Source: Octopus sinensis
Lineage: Eukaryota
Direction: 5' to 3'
DNA length: 64,000 nucleotides
Assembly (NCBI RefSeq): GCF_006345805.1
Contig: NC_043005.1
Span: 12,214,001 to 12,278,000 of the forward strand
Shown here: positions 43,049 through 56,791 of the stretch, one piece after another
Position numbering within the stretch: position 1 is the stretch's first letter
Layout: each line of letters begins with the position of its first letter
The notes under the pieces: model-generated
The model's input: the letters and a program-made list of their open reading frames with translations, nothing else
Told to the model about the DNA's origin: nothing
Database searches by the model: none
Position numbers and translations under genes: made by a program

Positions 43049-44649
43049 ATTATCAGCTGCCGTAATGGACATCACAATATTTTCGACACCTTTGCAGTAT
43101 CCTTATTTCGAAATCTATTCTACAGTTTTAAAAATATAATCATATAATGATGAATTAGCGCTACAAAATGATAATTTTAACAAAGACCTAATTCCAGAAA
43201 GGACATTCAGACAGAACAAACATACACATGTAGATACTTTGTTTCTCAATTGTCATCACATCATGAACAAATCACACCCAAAAATGCCTAATAATGTTTA
43301 GAAAGATAGTACATCTCGTAAACGACGTCCTCGAACTATGTACAAAGAAAAGGACACGCTTGGATTAATATCTATGTAACAAGTCCAATACTATAAACTA
43401 TATTCGCCAAATAAACTGCTTATTAACAGTAAAACAATAAAAAGAGAAAATAGAATTAAATATAAATTTTAATATGTGTGTGTTTGATTAAGACAAATGA
43501 TTCTTAGTTATAAAGTGATTAAAGAATCCGTTATGCATAAACAGCCAACGAGCTCGTTACATGTGAACAACTCATGTTACACTTAACGATAGAATAAATA
43601 ATTATATATATGCAGTGTAAACATATACACTTACACACTATAAACATTGATTCCTGATAAAACAGAAGTCTCATAGAAGTAACGCTACTTATAACTAAAC
43701 ACCCCCAAGCTGCAGAGAAACTGATAGAAACCATACTCTCGTCTTAAACCGACGCTGTCAAAATCAGAAAGATCGATATCTGTCAACAGGCGGATGTCAA
43801 TCCTAACAACTCAACGGAAATGACGGTGTACTCAGCAGTGAATCACAACCAACTGAGAAAGCTTTTAAACTGATTCAACCTTACCTAGATAAACAAACTA
43901 ACACTCCTTGCAATTCCAAGCTCAACTGTAAATTTGATATCATTCCATATTTCCTCAAACCTCACCGTGTTTACCTAAACAATGGTTAAAACATTTAACT
44001 AACTTTTTACTGCAGTAACCTTGCTTTTCCATGTGCGCCTTTCACATATTTGCCCTATACAAAAACATTCCAACTTTATTTACAGTTCTACCCTGTCTAC
44101 AGATTTCACTGGAAATGTGTTATTATCCATCAAATGAGGACTTTTGCTATTCACTCAAGGTAACTATGTAATGCAGGGATTAAAACTATCAGTCTTATTA
44201 TGAATACTTTCTCGACCTTACCATCTATTCTAAATAACCCATGATTAAGAATAAATCTATTATCAATATATCTGCAGCATCCACTGTGTTTGTTCTTCGA
44301 ATGTAGTGCATACTTAATACGTATACTTACATGTTTAACATCAACCGACAAAATTTCCAGTATCTTCCTATTTTTTATTATTGTATTTAAACAAATATCA
44401 TCGGTGGAGCTATTAATGCAAGGTATCGTCTGGAATCCAGTTTGATTTTATTTTTCTCCTTCGCAGCTTTAATCAATCCATTACAAGAAATTATCAACCA
44501 AATAACATTCAATTTCTGTCGCTTCGGTCAAAATGTTCTTTAAATAAGGAACGGGAACAAGATTTTAAGACATAACACTTAAAATACTCCCTTCCTTCAT
44601 GCAAGTTATTAAGTTTGTCTCAAGTCTCAGAAATGACTCTTTCAAAGCT

Positions 44650-45120
44650 GTTGTCTGTGTTTAATCTACGACTAAAGCCATGCTGTCTCCTTAATATAGT
44701 CTGTGAAAAATACACACCGCTCGAGACGTTTCCACTTGAAACACTTCCTAAATCTAAAATCTTATCACTTAAACCTAGCGGTTAAACATGGTACTCTAAA
44801 CCAAAAGTTTTCTCCATCAAGAAGCAGTTGTCTAGTGCACTGGCCATACCCCAACAATTACCTATAACTTGCGCTCCACAATTATGAAACCCGGAGCCAT
44901 GTTCTCGAAAATGTTCGTAAATATACTGATCCCTCTTTGCCTTATATCTTTGTTAAGACGTTGGTGGAACGCCTGAATCGTCTGTCCCACATATTGCATG
45001 CCAAAATCATAATAACTCATTAAATATATCTTATTAGTGAACTTACAACTTAACGCCAAATTATTGCCATTAATAATCTTTTATACCAGTTATACTGCTA
45101 ACAAATATTCTATTACAAAG
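44650..45120 (-). mobile_element. Penelope-like element GIY-YIG endonuclease relic
   Basis: FVSSITG, LSCKFTNKIYLMS..DFGMQYVGQT...QRLN, YEHFREHG, PLGLSD. Confidence 0.7.
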
Positions 45121-45989
45121 TACAACAACACTACAACACAAATAGTCACGTACTTGATACTTACTAACAACACTCTCGCAATATATTTCAGATATGTTAC
45201 CATTTTTATTTTTGTTTTAAAAACTATGAAGCCAAGAATTTTTGATAGTAATTGGCTAATTTACTTCTGGGTACAATCGTGTTTGAATAATAGATGGAAT
45301 GGTCATCGAAGGAATATGTTTCATCGCAGTTAGCAAAGAACAAGTGCCAACCTTATGCTTAAAATACAAACAATGGCTAAATGAGAAAACATCTGTTTGA
45401 TATATTTAATCTCCGTGAAAATATTCCAAAATTATTTCAAACGTATTCCTCACTATCTTAAAAATAAAGGACATATTACATAATATAGTCCTAGGTAGAC
45501 TATGTCGGACTATAAAATGACACGTATAACGTATTTGATCGTCGGTGTACTTGATTATGCTTGATTTGGTATAAAAACCAATAAATAATTTACTAGAGGT
45601 TAAAGATATTTCTCTCGAGTGCCACTGTCCGTTTAATATGATAATAGATGAGTTTGTCAAAAGCAAAACAAAAGCAAAATATGAAAGAAAGAAAAATTAA
45701 ACAAACCCCAAAGAAGTAGTTTATACATATCACTTTAAAATAATATCATCAAACATTATGGTTGAGATGATGTGAAATGTTATCTAAAAACATAATAAAC
45801 CATTTCAGTGCGACGTTAATCGACTTAGTAAATATTTGCTGTGGAAATTAGGAAATATTGTTATTGAACTTGACTTTATTAGTTTTATATAGATAAATTA
45901 TAATACATTGCCTATTCAAGTCACTTTATATGAATACAAACACGTAGAAACGAACGCGAACACATATTTCTAAACGCACACATGCACAT

Positions 45990-46003
45990 ATATAATCTCT
46001 CTC

Positions 46004-46086
<83 letters not shown>

Positions 46087-46173
46087 TAAAAAAAATACAC
46101 ACACATACACACACACATAAATACCTAAATACACGAATACATTCACACATATACGTATATAGATCTGTACGTA

Positions 46174-46205
<32 letters not shown>

Positions 46206-46291
46206 CATATATATATACACATATATATATAAATATATATACATATAAATATATACATATATATACATACATATATATATATATATACATG

Positions 46292-46333
<42 letters not shown>

Positions 46334-46410
46334 ACATATATATATATATAATATATATACATATATATATAACATATATATATACATACATATTTATGTA
46401 TATATATCCA
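45990..46410. repeat. (CT)/(CA)/(TA) compound microsatellite
   Basis: Direct inspection. Confidence 0.95.
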
Positions 46411-46889
46411 TGCGTATATATATTTGTGTGAGTGTGCGTTTGTATGTATGGTTTATACACGCACCTGTCCCTCTCTCTCTCTCTCTCTTTCCCCCTCTCT
46501 TATTGTATGTGTTCATGTTTCTGCTCACGTGGGTTTCGTTATGCTTGTGTTGCTTTTGTCTATGTATGCGTGTAATAAATGAAATCTTATGTAAACATTA
46601 AACTCGTATAAACTTAATGGTATGTATATTGATATACACAGGCCTTACCAATCCCCTCCCCCGCAATCCCCACCCCCACGCTGCATCGCTCTTGACCTTA
46701 ACATATTTATGAATAGAGATCTTTGATGGAGTTCATAAAACCACAGTTTGAGACTCAATACGAAAAAGTAGAGACAACTGTTAAACCTCACATTTTCTTT
46801 CTCTGTCATCAAGAAACGGATATTGGTTTGGTACTTTCTGCAAGTTTACTTCTTCAACGACGAAAGAGAGAATAGTAACTTGTAGAACA

Positions 46890-47480
46890 AGGCGGCGAGC
46901 TGGCAGAAATGTTAGCACGGTGGGCCAAATGCTTAGCGGTATTTCGTCTGCCGTTACGTTCTGAGTTCAAATTCCGCCGAAGTCGACTTTGCCCTTCATC
47001 TTTTCGGGGTCGATGAATTAAGTACCAGCTACGCACTGGGGTCGATGTAATCGGCTTAATACCTATGTCTGTCCTTGATTGTCGCCTCTATGTTTAGCCC
47101 CCTGTGGGTAATAAAGAAATAGGTATTTCGACTGCTGTTACGTTCTGAGTTAAAATTCCGCCGAGGTCGACTTTGCCCTTAATTTTTTCGGGATCGATTA
47201 AATAAGTACCAGTTACGCATTGGGGTCGATATAATCGACTCTATCCGTTTCTCTGTCCTTCTTTGTCCCCTCTATGTGTTGCCCCTTGTGGGCAGTAAAG
47301 AAATAAGAACCGTTAGCACACTGGGCGAAATGCTTAGCGGTATTTCGTCTGTCTTTACGGTCTGAGTTCAAAGTCTGCCGAGGTCGATTTTGCTTTTTAT
47401 CCTTTTGGGGTAGATAAATTAAGTACCAGTCGACTTGACCCCTCTCCAAAAATGTCGGGCCTTGTGCCTAGTGTAGAAAA
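46890..47480 (+). mobile_element. SINE family B, trimeric composite
   Basis: Head-unit-module, unit-module, head-unit-tail. Confidence 0.82.
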
Positions 47481-47907
47481 GAATAGTTACTTGTAGAATA
47501 ACGCATATAATTCTCGCAAAGTTGGGCTAAACTAAATTTCTCAACAGTAATTTACATAAGAGCGCGGATTGAATTGGCATGTTTTAAGTAATAGAAACAT
47601 TGCACATCTTTATCTTTTTTGTCCATAAATAATGAAGTAAGATTTACTATGGTGGTGTTTTGATAAATGCATATTTTTAGTCCCATTTTGAAAGGCAGAA
47701 AGGGTAATTAAATTACATTATACTCTTTGTCAATAAAATAATTAATACAAGTTGCCATCCTGCATCCATTGTACACATTAAACCACGTATACCACTGGTT
47801 GCGTTTTCGCAAAGCAAAACCTGCTTAATTCTTGTTTTGATATGAACTCGCCGAGAAGCGTCTGACTCGGCATACGAAATGTCCAGTAGGTAGTCTACAC
47901 CCGTAGC

Positions 47908-48420
47908 GAAGGCGGCAAGCTGGCAGAAACGTTAGCACGCCGGGCGAAATGCTTAGCGGTATTTCGTCTGCCGTTACGTTGTGAGTTCAAATTCCGCCGA
48001 GGTCGACTTTGCCTTTCATCCTTTCGGGGTCGATTAAATAATTACCAGTTACGCCCTAGTGTCGATACAATCGACTAAATCCGTTTGTCTGTCCTTGTTT
48101 GTTCTCTCTGTGCTTAGCAAAGTCTCTCTGTGCTTAGCAAAGTCGACTTCCGCTGAATTTGAACTGGGAACATAACGGCAGACGAAATACCTATTTCTTT
48201 ACTACCCACAAGGGGATAAACACAGAGAGGACAAACAAGGACAGGCAAACGGATTAAGTCGATTATATCGACCACAGTCCATAACTTGTACTTATTTAAT
48301 CGACCCCAAAAGGATGAAAAGCAAAGTCGACCTCGGTGGAATTTGAACTCAGAACGTAACGGCAGACGAAATACGGCTAAGCATTTCGCCCGGCGTGCTA
48401 ACGTCTCTGCCAGCTTGCCG
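47908..48420. mobile_element. Two SINE B copies in tail-to-tail inverted orientation
   Basis: 47908-48120 (+) and 48140-48420 (-). Confidence 0.85.
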
Positions 48421-49289
48421 CATTGTAAAGTAATAATATTGTATATTTACTGAAATTCTAAACTGCCATAACCATGCGTTACATCGCTATATATCAAACA
48501 AGGAAGTATGTGCACCGAATACTTTTGTTCAATGTTTTTTATCAGACTGATAATAATTTACAGCACTTCGTTAGAAGCCTAGCAACAGTTTTCCTACACT
48601 TGAAAAAGGACAACTTTTCCTACGACTCCTTTACTTAAACACTCAGGTTTTCAACAGTGCTACCACTGCTTATATCACCATGTGGTACAGAAGCGAATGT
48701 AGGCTTTGTTTAGACCGCATTCAACACTGATCACTGCAATCCATGATCAAACACTTTAAGTATGCTAAAAGAGCCTCTATTTCTCGTACAAACACATTCT
48801 GTATCACACTGTTCAATGCGAATATTTTTAATATCATCGACATATGACTGTTGCTTTGAACAGCTGGAGTTTCAACGTAGAGGTTCTCTTAGGCATGTAA
48901 TTCTATATCATGTGATGCAGATCCGTGACGTCAATTTTGGTTGTCCGTCGCAACACCTACCACACCTCACTGCTATTCGTTCACTAATCTCAGTAATCCA
49001 CGTTCCTCGTATAAATATAGCAGAAAGTAAGATTACAAAATACTATGAGATTACATGTTAATACATTAATATCTGTAAAATGATTCTCGTAGACACTAAC
49101 CTGAGCTGTCGAGCTCCATTGAATATTTATGCCTTCCTTTACATGAGATACCATGTAAAACATGCATTCACACATACACGCACCTGGATATAACCACCGA
49201 ACCCCTGAAGCTGATCGACGTAGAAGAAACACTTGAGTCCGCATTCTCTTTCTTTCACTCTCTCATTCCCTCTATACATATGCATACAT

Positions 49290-49301
49290 AATACATACTT
49301 A

Positions 49302-49384
<83 letters not shown>

Positions 49385-49422
49385 TATATTTACCTGTGTG
49401 TTCATATATATATATATATATA

Positions 49423-49488
<66 letters not shown>

Positions 49489-49544
49489 TATATATATATA
49501 TACATATATATATTTGCCTGTGTGTTCATATATATATATGTATA

Positions 49545-49584
<40 letters not shown>

Positions 49585-49800
49585 CGTGTGTGTGTGTATA
49601 TATATATATATATGTGTGTGTGTATATATATATATATAATATATATATATATATATGTATATGTATACAGAAATGTGTGTATATATATACATATATGTGT
49701 GTACATATATATATATATATACATATATATAAACATATAAATATGTATATATATATGGATGTTTGTATGTATGTATGTACGCATATATGTAGACATATGA
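49290..49800. repeat. (TA)/(TG) compound microsatellite
   Basis: Direct inspection. Confidence 0.95.
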
Positions 49801-50105
49801 ATGTGTGTATATGTATATGTAGACGAATAACGAATAACATATCCATGTATGTGAGTGTATAGGAAAAGAAATGTGTGCGCATATAAATATTCGTCTCAAA
49901 TCTGCCATGGGCCATCTAATAGCAGAGAGTGAAGAAACAAAGGAATTTCCATTCTACCTTTTATTCTCACAGTTCTTGTAATATTCAATTATGTATTCAT
50001 TACATATTTAGCAGGAGATTAAATCATAGTTCTTACAACATCAGCCTTATTAATCACCTGTTTGTTAACACCATGTCATTAATTTATTTTTCTTCTCAAA
50101 TGGAA

Positions 50106-50154
<49 letters not shown>

Positions 50155-50501
50155 GTGAATAACGTTAAAACTTTTATTATGTTCGCCTTTGCTATATCAG
50201 ATTCTTAGAAATCAATAGTTGGTATTTAGTTCCAAAAACTTACAAATAAACAACGTTATTTACTATTTCTCAATTTTTAGATCTGCGTCGGTCACACACG
50301 AACAGGTCTGTCAAGAAAACCTTTATGACGATGAACATCCTGTTTTTCGGTTCTTTACCGATCCATCCCAGATTACATTAGCCAATCATTTTGTTTCTTA
50401 TTTAGGCACAAGATCAGTAGATTTCAGGAATGGAATTTAGTAGCTACCATCGACTACTTCACTGGCATTATTTTAAAGAATACGAAATAATTCCTCTTCT
50501 T

Positions 50502-50534
<33 letters not shown>

Positions 50535-50539
50535 ATTAC

Positions 50540-50788
<249 letters not shown>

Positions 50789-50819
50789 ATTATTATTATT
50801 ATTATTATTATCATTATTA

Positions 50820-51096
50820 ATCCTTTTTCCCCTTGTGGAGCATAGGGCCGGTTTGCCGGTTTTCCTTGGCGTATAGGTTCCCCACCTGGACGGGACGCCG
50901 GTCCGTCGCAGGCAAGCTGCAAGATGCAGGAGGAAGAGTGGGAGTAAGTTGTGGCGAAATAGTCTGCAGAAGTTCGCCATTACCTTCTGCCGGAGCCGCG
51001 TAGAGCCTAGATGTTTCGCTCATACACACACACATCCAACACGCTATCCCTCAAACGCGAATCCGCTGCTCTAAACATTAGGTCATGTGCCTCCAC
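50820..51096 (-). mobile_element. SINE related to the family C head, with a different body
   Basis: Minus strand gtggaggcacatg...gagcgaaacatctaggctctacgcggctccgg. Confidence 0.6.
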
Positions 51097-51551
51097 ACGA
51101 AAGGGGGATACGCTAATTATATTTCTGCAGGATTTGAACTCAAATGTAACAATTTAAAATATGGTAAAACATATTCTTTGACAAACCACTGTCCTAGCAT
51201 TCATTTCAATTTAGCCATATGGACAGCAATTTCGAGCTCAGGTGAGTTAGTCGCTAACGTTGGTTCAGTAGTTGACATGTTCTTTATTTTTATCGAGCTG
51301 AAAGTGATAAAGGTAAATTTGAAATCAGAAAGAGAAAACTGAAACTACTATTTATAGGCATTTTTCTTCGGCTTTATCATTTACCTGACCACCACTTTTG
51401 TCTAAGATCATCTAAAACGTCTACTGTAACTTCATAAGGGTTAACACTAATGCTAACACGAATTAATGAATTCCAAGTGTATTAATCGATATGGAGCTAA
51501 ACATCTGTACGCTTGGATGGAATACATCACTGTGAAAGAGCAACCTCTTGT

Positions 51552-52030
51552 TGCTGGTCATCAAATCTAAGTAGAGACTTCAAACTTGAAATCTTCAAAG
51601 CCACAGTCGAACCAATTCTACTATATGGCTCAGAAACCTGGACGTTATCAAAGAAGCTTGAGAGGCGGTTGGATGGAACCTACAATCGCCTCCTTATGAG
51701 AGCTCAAAATCTCTCGTAGAAGCGTCATCCAACCAAAATGCAAATATATGGGAAACTACCACCTGTGTCATCTTTTGTGAAAGGTAAGAGAGTCCAGTTT
51801 GCTGGACATTGTTCTAGAGCTGAAAAAGAGGTAATTTCTACTCTTCTCCTCTGGAAGCCATCTACTCGCAATACCAGAGGGCGCACACTCTCCTACCCTG
51901 ATGTAATCTCCAGGGATACAGGCATCCAGCAACAGGACCTCCGTAATGCTATGATGGCCCGTGAAGTCTGGCGTAGCATGGTAAATTCCATTGTCTCGAC
52001 CACGGTCGAACAATGATGATGATGATGATG
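51552..52030 (+). mobile_element. RTE-clade LINE 3' end with (TGA)n tail
   Basis: FKATVEPILLYGSETWTL, RLDGTYNRLL, RVQFAGHC; one in-frame stop; short (TGA)n tail. Confidence 0.88.
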
Positions 52031-52118
52031 TGTGTGTGTGTGTGTGTGTAGAATCCAGGAATCGAGGGGTAGGGAGAAAGTTACCTACTTCATTCCATAA
52101 CTCTTGTATATATATATA

Positions 52119-53953
52119 TTAGCACTATGACCCGGCGTTGTTTCTTATCACATTTCAGCCTGGGCCAGTTTTGTTGTTTATGAGGTAGTTAGAGCTTTCT
52201 ATGAGAGTAATTAATATTTATTGGACTTCGGTTTTCACACCTGGAACGGCATAATCATGGAAAATTAGCGGGACAGTCCACATGCCATTAGTCGGATAAA
52301 AAAGGAGGCAGAAGAAAACAAAAATCTCGAATTTGGCCGCATAATAGCACGATTTTGAAAATACGCATGACTATCGTTTGTTGAGTTTTGGTTTCACACA
52401 ACCCAGGTATGGGCAATCAGTATCGTGATGAGAACGTAAGGGATGGGCGTTTGACTGGCAGAGGTGATCAAGTTGCACTTGCCAGCTCTTTTGACACCAA
52501 CCCCCTCACCTAACCCTGCTGGATCATAGACACAGCATTCCCGGCAGACAACAGAGTATCAGATAATGAACGAAGAAAAGTCGACAGACATGACAGGTTA
52601 GCTTGGGAAGTTAAGCGGTTGTGGTCAATAAAAAGGTAGCAGTAGTACCAATAATTATCGGAGCCCTGGAAATAATGAGTAAATTTCTTGAGAAGTATAT
52701 GGAATAAATAAGGGCCGAAATAACGGTGGAACACTTGCAGAAAACAGCACTGCTTGGAACCGCTCGAATACTCCGGTGCTCGAAAAGTAAGAGGTGTTAC
52801 CTTAGTTCACTGGTAGTGAACAGCTGACACTGTAGTACATCTCCAGCGTTAGAAGGTGTGCAAAGGCAATAATCTGCTCAATACCATAGATTTACTTGTC
52901 AGTTGTTTGACCTCAACCAGTTGACCATGTCCCTTAGTGGCTGACGATATGTGCATATCTGACAACGAGCAGAAGTAGTGGGGGAGCATCACAGCCGTGT
53001 GTTGAAATGAATTCAGCAATGGTACGAAGAAAGTGCTGATTCCGGCGGAAAGGCAGAGCAATTAGAGCACAAAAAACAGCATTCAAAGGGATTTTTATGA
53101 GTATGACGCATTGAAGCAAGTAACGCAGTAAGGTCAATAGATATAAGTTCATGACGCATAGAAGCACGTAAAACATCAGTGTTAAGGAAGGTATAAATAA
53201 TAGGTGTACCTTTTTGCCGGAAGGCTAATTGGGCTCCCGATCCACTGAAACGGAGGAGGTTACGTTCGGAACACAACTAAGCCTTCAACTAAAACGTAGA
53301 CTAGCCTCACGGAAGGGGGCTTGGAAGCCTCTAATAGGAAGCTTCTGATCCCGATCTATCACTAAGCCATCCTAGGGGTTCTAAATGACATGGCTGTAGA
53401 GGAATTTGGCTGTGGAGATGTGCACGGCGGGTTTGTTTCGGAGGACGACGACTGCATTGGATTAAGGAGCGTTGAAGAATGTAGCTTTGGAGATCCTAAC
53501 TCATTAACTATTCCCTGCATTTCTCAAATCAAAAAAACATGCACGTTTGAAAGCCAAAACATATGATAACGCGTCTTCGCAAAACACAATAATGCGCTGA
53601 GTCATACAGACTGTCTGCAAATGTGCACGTGCATTCAACTGTCAAGGATAAAATTATCTCTGTCCAATCAAAAAACAGCTGGCAGTCTATTGGCGTATCT
53701 AGCTGTACGCATGCACCGCGTACGAACTTCTGTTTTAGCGATTTTGAATGGATATGCCCATAACTTATGGGCATAAGGGTTTATCGATTTTTTAATGACT
53801 TTCTGGGGTGACTGGGGAAATGAAAAGATCTTCACGATCACCCTCAGACATTTATGAAAGCCCATAAAAAATGCGAACCTTATACGTGAAAAACTGTGAA
53901 TTTGTATAAAGGACACACAGACACACAGACATTTTGCCGTTTATATATATAAA
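52119..53953 (-). mobile_element. Possible larger Helitron-type element containing inserted or captured sequence
   Basis: The minus-strand 3' end caacgccggg..CTAA resembles that of the 28.4-kb Helitron; the other end is gacacacagac..tttatatata. Confidence 0.45.
52517..53010 (+). mobile_element. Composite of an R4/Dong family-2 endonuclease end and element D
   Basis: CWIIDTAFPADN...VVPIIIGAL...QKTALLGTARILR, joined at aataat|ctgctcaatacc. Confidence 0.78.
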
Positions 53954-54720
53954 ACACAATGTAAGAGCTCGATTCTCTCAGACATGTAGATATACTTTTT
54001 TGGCTAAAGCTCAGTGACTCCAGGCGTCGTGGTGCGTTGTGCTTTCTCTATCACCCAGTATTCTATAGTCTCATAATCCACTGTGCTCAAATTCCACTGA
54101 GTTTGACTTTCCCTTCCGTTCTTCGGGGTCGATAAAATGAGTACCAGCCCAGCCCAGCCCAGCACTGGGGTCGATTTAATCTACTTACCTTTTCCCCACG
54201 AACTTGATGGTCTTGTACGAAGATCTGAAATTAATACAAGCTAATAGAATCGTTACTGCGCCGGGCAAAATGCTTGGCCGCATTTTTTCCATCTCTACTT
54301 TCTGAGTTCAAATTCCGCCGAGGTCGGCTTCGGCTTTCATCTTTTCTGAGTCGATCAAATAAGTACCAGTTGAATAATCAGGTTGATGTCATCGACTTAC
54401 CATCTTGCTGGAACTTGCTGGTCTTGTGTCAATATTTGAAAGCAAAAACTCCGCTGTTATATTTATTCCATATATTTCTTGATATTTATGCGTTACGCAC
54501 TGTCTACGCCATTGATTCATAAGAAATAATTCCATGTTTGGCTTTAATACGCTTATCTTATTTTCTTTATCTAACATGGCATTAGTGTTCTTCATTAATT
54601 TTCTTCTCTTCAAATCTAATATCAATTTGTTTGGCAAATTTACATAGTCACCGATAGTTTTCCACGTATTTATCATTTGAAGCATACAACAGCATATATC
54701 CATTAACATACATCCATTAG

Positions 54721-55533
54721 CGATCTCATATCAAGATAATCAGCGCATGACCTTGCAGGTGGGGCCCGGTTAGAATTTTCTTCTGGTTGAGTAACCCATC
54801 CCGCTCATTGGTCCCTGAATAAGGATTGTTTAAGGATATTGAACGAACCACCCATGTTTCCAAAGGTCAGTTATCCAAATCTCAAATAATTCATTTCAAC
54901 ACACGGCTGTGATGGCCCCCCCCCCACTACTTCTGCTCGTTGTCAGATATGCACATATCGTCAGCTACTATGCACATATCGTCAGCTACTAAGGGACATG
55001 GTCAACTGGTTGAGGTCAAACAACTGACAAGCAAATCTATGGTATTGAGCAGATTATTGCCTTTGTACACTTTCTAACGCTGGAGATGTACTACGGTGTC
55101 AGCTGTTCACTACCAGTGAACTAAAGTAACACCTCTTACTTTTCGAGCACCTTCCGGTGTATTCGAGCGTTTCCAAGCAGTGCTGTTTTCTGCTAGTGTT
55201 CCATCCTTATTTCAGCCCCTATTTATTCCATATACTTCTCAAGAATTTTACTCATTATTTCCAGGACTCCGATAATAATTGGTACTACTGCTACCTTTTT
55301 ATTGACCACAACTGCTTAACTTCCCAAGCTAACCTGTCATGTCTGTCGACTTTTCTTCGTTCATTATCTGATACTCTGTTGTCTACCGGGCATGCTGTGT
55401 CTATGATCCAGCATAGTTTGTTTTCTTTCTCAATTAAGACTAGGCCTGGCTTCCTATTCTCAATCGCATAGTCGCACTGAATCCTGAAATCCCATAGGAA
55501 ATTTGCATTTCTATTTCATGTTTGTGGTCGTAC
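54721..55533 (-). mobile_element. Composite of an R4/Dong family-2 end and element D (longer copy)
   Basis: FLWDFRIQCD..IENRKPGLV...CWIIDTAC; same junction as the 52.5-kb copy. Confidence 0.8.
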
Positions 55534-55542
55534 ATTATTATT

Positions 55543-55758
55543 AAGGCGGTGAGCTGGCAGAGTCGTTAGCACGCTGGACGAAATTCCTAGCGGTATTTCG
55601 TCCCTCACTACATTCTGAGTTCACATTCCGCCAGGGTCGACTTTGCTTTTCATCCCTTTGAGGTCGATAATATAAGTGCCAGTAGAACTCTGGCGTCGAT
55701 GTATTCGATTCAACCCCTTACCCCCAAAATGCCTGCCCTTGTGACAAAATTTAAAACG
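55543..55758 (+). mobile_element. SINE family B (short-tail variant) with (ATT)n tail
   Basis: aaggcggtgagctggcagagtcg... Confidence 0.78.
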
Positions 55759-55776
55759 ATTATTATTATTATTATT

Positions 55777-56791
55777 CAGTAGTTTTATTTTTATAGCGTG
55801 CTTTCACTTCACTACCGAGCGCAGCTCTGTGTGCCTTGGGTATGTGCTGTGATTTGTTGTGATGCTCTGATGGTTATTGTATGGAAAGTGTTCTGCGTAG
55901 GATGTGTGCAGTGCCTAGTAGTGCAATTTTCTGTGTGTTATATGTGTTTGTAAGTCCTGGTGTTTTTGTTATGTATTTGTCTGAATATTTTTTATCATGC
56001 CTAATGCACCTACTATGATAGGAATTGTTTCTGTTTTCAGATTCCACATTCTAGTTACCTCTATTTCCAGGTCTTTGTATTTTGAGAGTTTCTCCATTTC
56101 TTTTAGAGACACGTTGTCATCAGCCGGTATTGATACATCAATTAGAAAGCATTTTTTTTCTTCATGATCTCTGACAACTATATCTGGTCTGTTGGCCTTA
56201 ATTTCTCTATCTGTGTGTATCGGCATATCCCAGAGTATGGTTGCTTTCTCGTTTTCTGTGACCTTTTCTGGTGTGTGCCTATACCATCTTTTTTCTGTTG
56301 TTATTCCATAATGTTGGCATAGCTTCCAATGTATGTAGGTTCCAACTCTGTCATGTCTGTGAATATATTCCTTCTTAGCCAGGACTGGGCAGCTAGAGAT
56401 AATATGATTTATTGTTTCTTGTCCATCTCCACATATTCTGCAGTTACTTGTAATATTTCTTTTCATTACATGTTTTCGGTAATTTCTGGTGGGGAGGCTT
56501 TGGTCTTGTGCTGCAATTAAAAATCCCTCTGTTTCTGCTTTGAGTCCTGAGCTTCTCAACCATTGCTGGGATTTTTCTTTGTCTATTTCTTTTGCGTTTA
56601 GTTTAGTCCAGTATTTACCATGAAGGGGCTTTTCTTGCCATCGTTTTATCATGGTTCGTTGCTGTTCTATTTTTAGTTTGGATTTCATTTGTTTTATAGC
56701 TTTTGTTGTTTCTTCATCATCTTCTTCTTCTTCTTCTTCTTCCTGTTTATTAGGTGGTATGATTTCTTGTTTGTATTTGTCAGCTTCCTTA

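Noticed and set aside
44230-44290. RYIDN as a Penelope RT YIDD motif; QHGF at 44.66 kb as a CR1 RT motif
   Set aside because: Neighbouring RT motifs are not at the expected spacing; more likely part of the post-endonuclease linker or chance.
54389-54709. ORF with WKTIGDYVNL, faintly death-domain-like
   Set aside because: The similarity is too weak, the ORF lies among TE fragments, and its end overlaps a SINE.
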